Below, one piece after another: positions 1-8,653 of a stretch of DNA of 64,000 bases (the stretch's first letter is position 1; each line of letters opens with the position of its first letter). The stretch spans positions 1 to 64,000 of the IMG/VR virus record IMGVR_UViG_2896164284_000005, one strand, 5' to 3'. Source of the stretch: a virus (Duplodnaviria; Caudoviricetes). Position numbers and translations under genes: made by a program. The notes beneath the pieces are model-generated. The model was not told where the DNA came from, ran no database searches, and saw only the letters and a program-made list of their open reading frames with translations.

Positions 1-294
1 CTAAACCACAATATCCCCTTTCTCTTTTAAATGTCGATAAATGCGATCTAGCATGATCTGTGTCGGCGTTTTCCCCAAATCATCTTCGGTTAACGGAGCC
101 TCTAGAATGCCTTTCGCATTTTCACTATCGATCCATTTGTAGCTTTCGATAATTGGTGTGAAGTCGGTTACTTGACCTTCGCTATCTACTCCAGTGCCGA
201 TAACGTATTTTGCATTGATTGTGCCATCATCTTGAATAGAATATGTAGCGATAGTTGAGTACATTGGGTTTAAGATTTTGTTAAAAGTTGCCAT
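1..294 (-). CDS. Conserved phage protein at end of tail operon
   Basis: 97 aa ORF, AGGAG RBS; near-identical copy at 53039-53332. Confidence 0.8.
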   Translation of the reverse strand: MATFNKILNPMYSTIATYSIQDDGTINAKYVIGTGVDSEGQVTDFTPIIESYKWIDSENAKGILEAPLTEDDLGKTPTQIMLDRIYRHLKEKGDIVV

Positions 295-457
295 AATGGA
301 CTCCTTGTTAGTTTAGATAAAAGAAAACCCGACCATTTTTGATCGGGCATTGTTAGAGATTTATACTGTTAGTGGTTTAATTGGAAAAATATTGTAACTG
401 CTATCCTCCTATTTTGTATCAAACCGCCTAAAAATTTATTTTACGTTTTCGTTTATT

Positions 458-1273
458 TTATGGATATTGAATAACCATAATATGCGAGTAAAGTTTAGCT
501 GACTTTGACCATGTGACTGTATAATTATCTGATGGTTTACGTCCCACTCCTGAAGCAAGGTGTGAATTTGAAATAAATATTCTCCCCTCCCATGGCTGGA
601 TAAAATATTTTGAAATATCCCACATAGAATTAGCTAATTTAATATGTTGAACTCCAATGCTTCCCCAGAGTACATAATCATTAGCACCAAGTTTTACATC
701 AAATAACTCAGGTGGATAGTCACTATTTGTTACATTAACTTGATACTTGAAGAGATTAGTATCTTTTGCAGATATAAATTTGATGTTGTTAATGATTTTT
801 GAATTATTAGTATATATACATACTCCATTATTTGAGTAAACAGCAATCCCATATTTAGGAGGGTTATCTACTTTTTGTAAGCGATACGCACAGAGTACTT
901 TAATTCTTAATTTATCCACCCCATTAGCAAGTAGATTTAAATCGCCTGACATCTTGTTAAATCCTAAATAAACCTGCATTACACCATTATTACGCCTAAA
1001 TTTTATGGGCTGCATTGCTAAGAATGTCTTGTAATTCCTAAATACCAATTTGCCATTAATAAATATGCTACCATATCTATAAACCATGCACAGGAATTCA
1101 TTAACGAAGCATAACATATCTTCAGGGCGAATATTACTCGGCACGTTAGGTACATTATGCCATTTTGAGTGATTATTTTTATTTTCTTCTAAAATTACCC
1201 CTGCAACTTCAATCAACCTTTCTGCTCCTATTGACATAGGTAGTCCAGGGCAATAAATACCATAATTTGCCAT
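458..1273 (-). CDS. Tail-tip accessory / putative receptor-binding protein
   Basis: Low-GC 271 aa ORF two genes downstream of J; YGI motifs typical of genes following lambda-J-like fibres. Confidence 0.6.
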   Translation of the reverse strand: MANYGIYCPGLPMSIGAERLIEVAGVILEENKNNHSKWHNVPNVPSNIRPEDMLCFVNEFLCMVYRYGSIFINGKLVFRNYKTFLAMQPIKFRRNNGVMQVYLGFNKMSGDLNLLANGVDKLRIKVLCAYRLQKVDNPPKYGIAVYSNNGVCIYTNNSKIINNIKFISAKDTNLFKYQVNVTNSDYPPELFDVKLGANDYVLWGSIGVQHIKLANSMWDISKYFIQPWEGRIFISNSHLASGVGRKPSDNYTVTWSKSAKLYSHIMVIQYP

Positions 1274-1274
1274 T

Positions 1275-1571
1275 TTATACTCCTGCGAAAACTAGGACTG
1301 TCTGGGCGGTTGATTTAATATGATCGAAATCAACCCAATTCCAAGTTAATGTTTTGCCGTTTATGGAAAAATTAATAACTTTACCTTTATGGCCTGATTG
1401 ATAGGCTATATCGTTATTAGTACACATAACAGAACCAACATTATAAGAATATGTTTTCGAACCGTTTGAATTATACGGAATTAATAATATATCCATAATC
1501 ATTGCCGTTCTTTTTGATAAATCAATCTTTCTTCCTCTTTCGTCGGTAGAGACGATTCCGAATTCAGCCAT
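1275..1571 (-). CDS. Small tail-tip accessory protein
   Basis: 98 aa, MAEFGI start, directly after J. Confidence 0.6.
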   Translation of the reverse strand: MAEFGIVSTDERGRKIDLSKRTAMIMDILLIPYNSNGSKTYSYNVGSVMCTNNDIAYQSGHKGKVINFSINGKTLTWNWVDFDHIKSTAQTVLVFAGV

Positions 1572-1588
1572 AATTAAATCCCATTCAA

Positions 1589-4500
1589 TTAACTTAGTTT
1601 TCCAATTTTAACGCGAACAACACCTTTTTCATCATAAATCACAATACCGTCATTCTTCATAACCATGCCTACATTAGCATTGTTACCACGGATTGTAACT
1701 ACGCCATTAGAACCAACTTTAAAAAGGTTGTTAATATTAATACTCCCAGCTGTCACACTTCCCAAATTCGCACTAATCGCAGACAAACTACTGATATTCA
1801 GCTTATCCGCAGTGAGCGACTTAGATACAATATGACCGGCATTAACAGAGTTAGCCGACAAATGACGAGTAGCTATAGCTCCACTGGCTATTTCGTTTGC
1901 AGTGATAGTGTTCGCTGCTATTTGTTGGGCGGTAATGGTGTTAGTTACAATACTGCCACCGTGAATAGCCGTTACACCGCTATTAACCCACGCAGACGGT
2001 TGAGTGGTGTATTGGGTACATTCTTCGAGCATTGGGCGAGCAACATAGACATTAGGGTTAGCACCTGTCGTTGTACCACTACATCTGAAACGTAGAGATA
2101 CACAACCACTCGCAGGACATTGGAATTTAACCGCATATCTGCTCATTCCTTTAATCGTTTTTTGTGCTGAACCATTGACAATAGGCGTTGCACTACTTGC
2201 TACACCTTTCACATAAGCTGATCCGTCAGCACTATACTCTTCAACTAAGATATACCCTGTTTGAAAACGATAAATGTTAGCATAAATACTAAACATATAC
2301 CATTGACCTGCATTTAAGAATACAGTTCTGTAAAGTGGATCAACCCAACCGACATTTGTTGCAGTTGCAACCGTAACAATTGTTTTAATCCGCACCTCAT
2401 TGTCTAAAGCGTCATTCGGATACCAGTCAGCCACACCGTTCTTTTTAGTAAATTGGTTATTTACAGCGAAACTTGTACTTTTAGCACCAACACCCCAACC
2501 ATAAGCATTGTTAGACAAAATCGCATTTTGTAGGAGATTACCACCCAAGCCAATAGCCAATTTGTCAGCACTAATTTGCCCTGCTTGCAAATGGTTAGCG
2601 TTAATCGCTCCTGCTTGAATTTTACCTGCTGTTACTGCATTAGCGCTTAATTTGTTAGCAGTTACCGCATTAGCTTGAATAGCGTTAGCGCCCACACTAT
2701 TAACACTCAATTTCTCTGCTGTAATTGCACCCGACTGAATTTTAATCGCTGTAATGGCATTTGCCGCAATGTTATCCGCCACTACAGCGTTAGTTGCAAT
2801 TTTACCTGCAACAACAGCTCCAGACCGAATTGCATTTGAACTAATAGCATTAGCTTGGATTTGGCTTGCCCCTACACTTCCAGATTGTAAGTGTGTAGCC
2901 CCAATTGCTCCAGCTTGTATTGCATTCGTACCGATGCTATTAGCTGAAATCTGATTAGCAGAAATCGTACCGGTTAATTTTGTTGTAGGTATAGACGCTA
3001 ATTGTGATACTGCAATTGTACCAGTAATCTTATTTGCGCTAATTCCTTGTAATTGACTGTCTGTCAATTGACCACTTAATTTACTGGTAGGAATGGTTGG
3101 CATATTTGTTAATGAGAGCGTACCAATGACTTTAGTCGCATTAATAGACTGAATTTGTTCATCGGTCAGTTTACCGGCTAAATTGGAAGTCGGAATTGGC
3201 GCGAGTTGCTCCGGTTGAATAATACCTTTAATATCTTCGGCAAAAACTTCTGCCATATCTGTGGTATAAATTGAGCCATTCCATGTGTACAACTTGCCAT
3301 CTGCGGTGTTGTGTACTTGGCGATAACCTAGAAAAGTATTAACATCTAATCCGTTAACCGTTTTTATCATCTCGAGATTGCGCGCCGGCAAGGCGGTATC
3401 AATCACTTCGTCAATGATATTTTGACTTAACTTCTCATTTAATAAGCGCAATTCTTCGTCAATATCGACCGCACTTTCACCACGCAACCCAGTTTCTTGA
3501 TAAAACGGTCCGGCGTTTTGCCCTCGCACATGACGCAACCAGTAATAACGAACCTGTCTTGCCCCGACCGTGTGGCTATACATATGCGCATTAACTTTAG
3601 CTAAACGTTGAGATTGGCTAAAATTATCACTATCCGCTACAAAGATTTCAGTTTGAGTAATATCATCAACCCACTTCCAAGATAATGTGATTTCACCAAG
3701 TCCACCTGATATATTCACTTCTTGCGGTACCGGTGGACGGTCAATCACAAAGGTTTGCGATTTTTCACTGACAACTTGCCCACGAGCGTTTTTCGCATAA
3801 ATGATAAGCTGATATTCTCCATCAGGTAATCCATCCAGACTAATGTTCGGTGAGCTTAACCCTTTATCAAAGCGATATAATTTCCCCGCTTTGATAATTT
3901 TAATATCGTAAGTTAACGCCCCATCACCGGTAGAAATATCGGCGACAACATTGACTTTTCCATCAAACCCAACACCAATATCAAGATGTGTAATTTGTGC
4001 GGCTTGGTATAACGTGGTCGCAATCGGTTCAAAATGCGCGCCATTATCCACAATTGCCTCTTTTTGTGGTTCATGTTGCAATCCGGTGATGGTATAAGTA
4101 CCGTCATCATTTTCCGCAATCGCCATGGCTTTATAGCGTTTTGAACGGATTTGTTGCGTAGATAAAGACCATACACCATATTTTGTTAATCCTACTGGCG
4201 CGCGGTCTAATGTCACTTGATTGCCATTCGCTACCCCAAGAATTTTGAGGGTGCTTTGTATAGCGTTATTATCAATATAACTGAAATAGCTATCGCCATT
4301 TAACTCTATTTCGCGATCTAAAGTGACCGTTTTATCCTTAATTGCCAATACGCGACCGCCAATATCGGTACCCGCATAATGATTATCTGCCACCTCAAAA
4401 ATATCACCCGGAATATGCATCAACCCTTCACGTCCAACACTGAACGTAATCGTTTCTTTTTCCAGTTTTTCCGTCTCTAAAATCCAACGCCCGGTGCGAT

Positions 4501-5803
4501 AAGCTTGTCCTCTTGAAGTACAACCGAACGCTGTGACTTTCTTAACATTTAAGCCATACTTGCGAATTAATTCGTCATCCGAGACATATTCAATTTTCTT
4601 CTGATAAAAATCGGATTTATCTAAATACTCCACATGGATCGCATTATGCCGCGATTTCAATGCCGAGTATTGACGCGTAAATTCGCCATTCACCACGTTT
4701 GCATTGGTATAAATCCAAACCGGATCGGCGGGTCTATCTTGAATAACCGTCAATTCGGTACCTGTCCAAACAGGAATAGCACGAAAAATCGAACAAATAT
4801 CATTAATTAACTCATAAGCCGATTTTTGCTCGGTCAACCACGCATTACACGTAAAGCGCGGTTCTTTATTGCCAAAACCATCTGGAACAAGTTGATCACA
4901 ATATTGCGCCACATTATACAGCGCCCATTTATCAATATTGATTTCACCCAACCGTTGCCCTAAGCCATAGCGTTTATTGGTCAAAATATCAAGCAGCACC
5001 CACGCCGGATTATCAGACCAAGCAATTTTAAATGTCCCGTCCCACAGCCCGTTATATTGACGAGTCGCCGGATCGTAATTACTTGGTACGCGAAGTTTAA
5101 TCCCCTTAATTTCATAGTTACGTTGTGGAATAGCATTAAAATATTCACTATCGAACATAATGCCGACCAATGCAGTGTTCGGATAAGCAAATTGTGTATC
5201 AATAATTTCCGTGTAACTTGCCCAAAGGGTTCCGTTTTGCAATCGCTGGCTTTTACTGTCTGCTTCCACACGCTCCACGCGCAAGGTAAACGGGACCGGA
5301 GGTAAATCCGTGATTTCAATATGTTTTAAATATTGCGAACTGTACTTTCCATTAAAAGTGACTGAATAAGGCGTATCATTAACAAAAACCTGTAGCGTAA
5401 CACTGGTCGCATTGGTATCGCCTTGTGAATTTTGCTCATAAAGCGCTTTTACCCCAACAGTCACCCGCACTCTACTGACTTTCTCATCCGTAACAGTGCG
5501 GGTAATGGGTTGTGTTTTTTTCACCTCAACACCTACTGCCACTTCTTTTTCCGATGTATTAAATCCGTCCAGCACATCTTGATCTTGGCTACCAATCGTC
5601 CCCTGCGCCTCAATATTATTAAAATTATAGCTGTTATCGCTGGCTTGGATGGGGGTATTATCCAAATAAACGGATTTCACTCCATCAACCAATCCTTGAA
5701 TTTCACCCTCGGAGACAATTTCAATAATTTTCACCCGTTGTTTGCTGCGCCCGCTTTCCGGCGCCTCATAAGGTGTACGACCGCCACCACCGCCTTTACC
5801 CAT
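1589..5803 (-). CDS. Host specificity / central tail fibre (lambda gpJ-like)
   Basis: MGKGGGG..PYEAPE start, SEGEIQG, WSDNPAW, GCTSRGQA motifs; 15-aa repeats; C-terminal ISSLSAISANLG. Confidence 0.95.
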   Translation of the reverse strand: MGKGGGGGRTPYEAPESGRSKQRVKIIEIVSEGEIQGLVDGVKSVYLDNTPIQASDNSYNFNNIEAQGTIGSQDQDVLDGFNTSEKEVAVGVEVKKTQPITRTVTDEKVSRVRVTVGVKALYEQNSQGDTNATSVTLQVFVNDTPYSVTFNGKYSSQYLKHIEITDLPPVPFTLRVERVEADSKSQRLQNGTLWASYTEIIDTQFAYPNTALVGIMFDSEYFNAIPQRNYEIKGIKLRVPSNYDPATRQYNGLWDGTFKIAWSDNPAWVLLDILTNKRYGLGQRLGEINIDKWALYNVAQYCDQLVPDGFGNKEPRFTCNAWLTEQKSAYELINDICSIFRAIPVWTGTELTVIQDRPADPVWIYTNANVVNGEFTRQYSALKSRHNAIHVEYLDKSDFYQKKIEYVSDDELIRKYGLNVKKVTAFGCTSRGQAYRTGRWILETEKLEKETITFSVGREGLMHIPGDIFEVADNHYAGTDIGGRVLAIKDKTVTLDREIELNGDSYFSYIDNNAIQSTLKILGVANGNQVTLDRAPVGLTKYGVWSLSTQQIRSKRYKAMAIAENDDGTYTITGLQHEPQKEAIVDNGAHFEPIATTLYQAAQITHLDIGVGFDGKVNVVADISTGDGALTYDIKIIKAGKLYRFDKGLSSPNISLDGLPDGEYQLIIYAKNARGQVVSEKSQTFVIDRPPVPQEVNISGGLGEITLSWKWVDDITQTEIFVADSDNFSQSQRLAKVNAHMYSHTVGARQVRYYWLRHVRGQNAGPFYQETGLRGESAVDIDEELRLLNEKLSQNIIDEVIDTALPARNLEMIKTVNGLDVNTFLGYRQVHNTADGKLYTWNGSIYTTDMAEVFAEDIKGIIQPEQLAPIPTSNLAGKLTDEQIQSINATKVIGTLSLTNMPTIPTSKLSGQLTDSQLQGISANKITGTIAVSQLASIPTTKLTGTISANQISANSIGTNAIQAGAIGATHLQSGSVGASQIQANAISSNAIRSGAVVAGKIATNAVVADNIAANAITAIKIQSGAITAEKLSVNSVGANAIQANAVTANKLSANAVTAGKIQAGAINANHLQAGQISADKLAIGLGGNLLQNAILSNNAYGWGVGAKSTSFAVNNQFTKKNGVADWYPNDALDNEVRIKTIVTVATATNVGWVDPLYRTVFLNAGQWYMFSIYANIYRFQTGYILVEEYSADGSAYVKGVASSATPIVNGSAQKTIKGMSRYAVKFQCPASGCVSLRFRCSGTTTGANPNVYVARPMLEECTQYTTQPSAWVNSGVTAIHGGSIVTNTITAQQIAANTITANEIASGAIATRHLSANSVNAGHIVSKSLTADKLNISSLSAISANLGSVTAGSININNLFKVGSNGVVTIRGNNANVGMVMKNDGIVIYDEKGVVRVKIGKLS

Positions 5804-5806
5804 AAT

Positions 5807-6436
5807 TTACCCCTTATTAAATCCTTTACTTTGTTTTTTAGGATTTTTCATTTCTTCCTCAACATCAAATGTTTCCACACCTTGAGAAATGACCAATGAA
5901 CCCGTTAAAATTTGTCCATACGCCAACGGAACCGGACGACCTTGCGCCACCAGATTGCCGAGATTGGAAAAAGAAGTAGATTGCTTTTTCTCTTTATCAT
6001 CCACCTCCCCCATAGTTGGCGTTTTCGTGAGCATTTGTGAAACGCCTCCGAGGGTTAACGCAACCCCCATGCCAAAGACCCCAGCTTGTGTAATTACGCC
6101 ACCAAGCAATCCTGCAGGGGGGATAAAAAACGATGCGCCAATTAACGCAACCCCTAAAATGGTCTGAAAAACTCCGCCACTTTTCGCCCCCTTTATAACT
6201 GGCGTAAAATGGACGGTTTGACCATCTTTCAGGCAATAAAAAAGCCCTTTCTCAAGAGCTTCAGGATTGAGATAGTCTCGACCAATACGGACTTTGTAAT
6301 AGCCTTGCTGTAGCACTTGGCGAAAGCCTTTGATTTGCGAACAAAGCGCACGAATAGCCTCAGCGGTATCTTTCACCTCAAATTTAAACTCCGTGCCAAA
6401 TCGTTTGAGGTTTCCATAAAATTTAACGTTAACCAT
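5807..6436 (-). CDS. Tail assembly protein I (lambda gpI-like)
   Basis: AEAIRAL, QGRPVPLAYG motifs; between K and J. Confidence 0.92.
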   Translation of the reverse strand: MVNVKFYGNLKRFGTEFKFEVKDTAEAIRALCSQIKGFRQVLQQGYYKVRIGRDYLNPEALEKGLFYCLKDGQTVHFTPVIKGAKSGGVFQTILGVALIGASFFIPPAGLLGGVITQAGVFGMGVALTLGGVSQMLTKTPTMGEVDDKEKKQSTSFSNLGNLVAQGRPVPLAYGQILTGSLVISQGVETFDVEEEMKNPKKQSKGFNKG

Positions 6437-6510
6437 TTGCCATCCTTATTTAATTAATACAGGCAATAAATCTTTTAAACTACTTTAAAGAAAATACTTT
6501 ATTAGAGATG

Positions 6511-7242
6511 TTAATGCGTTATGGCGAGATCATTGAATATGCCATTAAAATTGAGATGATCGGCGTCCTTATGACGCCAAATACTGTGCGTGTGTTTAAA
6601 CCAATAGCCATCATATAAATCCCGTTTTGATAAACGGTTGGGACTGTGATGCAACACTTGATGCCATTTGCCAAGATAGATTGCCGCATGGTTTGGCACA
6701 TCTGCCCCTACTTGCATTAAAATCACATCCCCCACTTTCACACCATCATCCGTGCGATAAAACCCCTGTTTTGTCATATTATCTAAATAAAGATTTTCCC
6801 CACTCGTCCACCAGCCATCTTCTCGTTCAAAATCAGGAAAATCTAAACCAGCAAGCATATAAGCATCACGAAAAAGCGTATAACAATCCATTATGCCATG
6901 TTCAAAATCACGTCCAACTAAGTGCGGTACATTTCTAAATTGTTTTATTTGCCCATCGCAGACCAACCACCAATCCAATCCGGATTGTACTTGCATTTGA
7001 CGGTCTGCAGTCGATAGCACTGCTTCACCCTCCGGATGAGAATGGACCACCGCCACAATCCCGTCATATTGATGCGCTAAAAGCCAGTCATCCGTGGAAA
7101 TTTCAAAATAGTTTTCCGGATCGTCAGCAATATTCTCACAAGGTAAGAAAATTTTTTCTTGCCCTTTAAAAACAACAAAACCGCAAATTTCTTGCGGTTC
7201 GTGTTTTAGTGCGTAGTTAATAATCTGTTGTTCAAGTTTCAT
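6511..7242 (-). CDS. Tail assembly protein K (JAB + NlpC/P60)
   Basis: E-I-CG, HSHP..LSTAD, DCYTLFRD, PNHAAIYLG; ATG at 7242. Confidence 0.93.
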   Translation of the reverse strand: MKLEQQIINYALKHEPQEICGFVVFKGQEKIFLPCENIADDPENYFEISTDDWLLAHQYDGIVAVVHSHPEGEAVLSTADRQMQVQSGLDWWLVCDGQIKQFRNVPHLVGRDFEHGIMDCYTLFRDAYMLAGLDFPDFEREDGWWTSGENLYLDNMTKQGFYRTDDGVKVGDVILMQVGADVPNHAAIYLGKWHQVLHHSPNRLSKRDLYDGYWFKHTHSIWRHKDADHLNFNGIFNDLAITH

Positions 7243-7244
7243 AT

Positions 7245-7370
7245 CTACCACCAGCGAATTGATAAGATAAATTCAGGCAATTTCCACCAAATCCCAAATA
7301 AAAACAAGGTGATTAATAAGCCCCACATAAAATGTTTTACCGTTTTGGATTTATCCATAAGTTCAAGCAT
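7245..7370 (-). CDS. 41-aa hydrophobic peptide MLELMDKSKTVKHFMWGLLITLFLFGIWWKLPEFILSIRWW
   Basis: Read manually; AAAGGAG RBS upstream; single TM segment; below ORF-track cutoff. Confidence 0.65.
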   Translation of the reverse strand: MLELMDKSKTVKHFMWGLLITLFLFGIWWKLPEFILSIRWW

Positions 7371-7442
7371 TTTGCGAAACTCCTTTAGTATGTTAAAATT
7401 CATTTAACTTAGTTCCTTCCTGTGTAGAAAGTTGGAATTAAA

Positions 7443-7473
7443 AAGCCCTAAGTACGCCAATACTTAGGGCTTT
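7443..7473. terminator. Hairpin AAGCCCTAAGTA-cgccaa-TACTTAGGGCTT
   Basis: Perfect inverted repeat flanked by A/T tracts, downstream of gene L. Confidence 0.65.
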
Positions 7474-7487
7474 ATTTTGTTAGGTAA

Positions 7488-8204
7488 TTAACCGAGTTTA
7501 TTCACGCTAACAAACGCGCCGAAATTTCGCGCATTGTTTCTCAGCTTACACCCCGTTAAACAGTGACTGCATTTATCTTTTTTCGGATCGCTTATTGGCT
7601 GATCTTTTTCATCCGCCACCGGCGCCCCAGTATAACCACATTCCGATGAACGATATGTCCAAGCGCAGGTATCGGCAAAAATAACCCGGCTGGAAATTAA
7701 CGCATTATCGGTTTCCGTCGGCAACGCCAAAGTAAAACTGGCGACGTCATGTTTTAATGTACTTAACTGCTCAATAATAAATAAACTCAACCGCTCTTGT
7801 GTCGGATCCGCTTTCGGATTGCCATTTTTAAAATTCGCCGCATCGAGATAATGTGCATAAACTTGTCGGCGCCGCACCACAGCCCCGATACATTCCTCAA
7901 ATCTTGCAGAAATCCCCGTCACCACACCAAATAAATTTGACAAGGTTAATGTTGGGCGATTACTCGGTCCCTGCCCATTTAACTCAAAACCACTCGCCTG
8001 TACCGGGTACGGATCATATTGTTTTCCTTGCCACATCACCGGTGCATTTAACTCGTTCGTTCCGGCATAAAATCGGTAAATACTGCCTTGCTCACCTTGA
8101 TTATCCGTTAAATTGCTTAAATCAATTTCATACAAATCTAATAGAGCATTTTGCTCAAAACTGGCAAGATCAAATTTAAATTGATTTGATATGCTGATTG
8201 TCAT
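7488..8204 (-). CDS. Minor tail protein L
   Basis: RPTLTLSN, C-W-YRSSECGY and C-terminal Cys cluster. Confidence 0.93.
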   Translation of the reverse strand: MTISISNQFKFDLASFEQNALLDLYEIDLSNLTDNQGEQGSIYRFYAGTNELNAPVMWQGKQYDPYPVQASGFELNGQGPSNRPTLTLSNLFGVVTGISARFEECIGAVVRRRQVYAHYLDAANFKNGNPKADPTQERLSLFIIEQLSTLKHDVASFTLALPTETDNALISSRVIFADTCAWTYRSSECGYTGAPVADEKDQPISDPKKDKCSHCLTGCKLRNNARNFGAFVSVNKLG

Positions 8205-8274
8205 AACGTTTCCTTGAGTGTAAGAGTAAATTTCAGGTTTATTACAGGCGGACGCACCATTTAAATGATTCCAT
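8201..8274 (-). pseudogene. 74-bp remnant of gpM-like minor tail gene
   Basis: Both ends match the ends of the intact gene at 62365-62691; the centre is deleted. Confidence 0.8.
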
Positions 8275-8338
8275 AATTGTATCTTACCTATTTACAAATA
8301 AACTAATTAAATGTATCTTTATGCTATACAAAGGAGAA

Positions 8339-8617
8339 ATGAAAATGTACAATCCATCTCATCCGGGTTTAATCCTGCGTGAGTACATCGACGGAATGAA
8401 AGTAACCGATATTGCTCACCGTTTAGGGGTAAGCCGCGTTGCGCTTTCTCGTGTATTAAATGGCAAATCCGCTATTTCGCCTGAAATGGCACTTCGTTTA
8501 AGCCAATTGTTACCAAACACATCAGCTGATTTTTGGTTAAAAATGCAATCTGCGTATGATTTATGGCAAGTCGAACAGCGTACACATTTTTCTATCGAAC
8601 CATTGATATTAGCTTAA
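8339..8617 (+). CDS. higA: HigA-family antitoxin (orphan)
   Basis: HPGLILRE..HTH..ISPEMALRL..FWLKMQSAYDL; same protein as 62995-63273. Confidence 0.9.
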   Translation: MKMYNPSHPGLILREYIDGMKVTDIAHRLGVSRVALSRVLNGKSAISPEMALRLSQLLPNTSADFWLKMQSAYDLWQVEQRTHFSIEPLILA

Positions 8618-8653
8618 TAAAGAAAACCCTGCCGAATAGACAGGGTTGATTGA

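Noticed and set aside
1832-2095. Identical 87-aa + strand ORFs here and at 55703-55966
   Set aside because: Identity simply reflects the duplicated J segment.
2570-3200. Repetitive DNA in J as a possible DGR or shufflon
   Set aside because: These are protein-level repeats; no reverse transcriptase, invertase or adenine-specific variation is visible.
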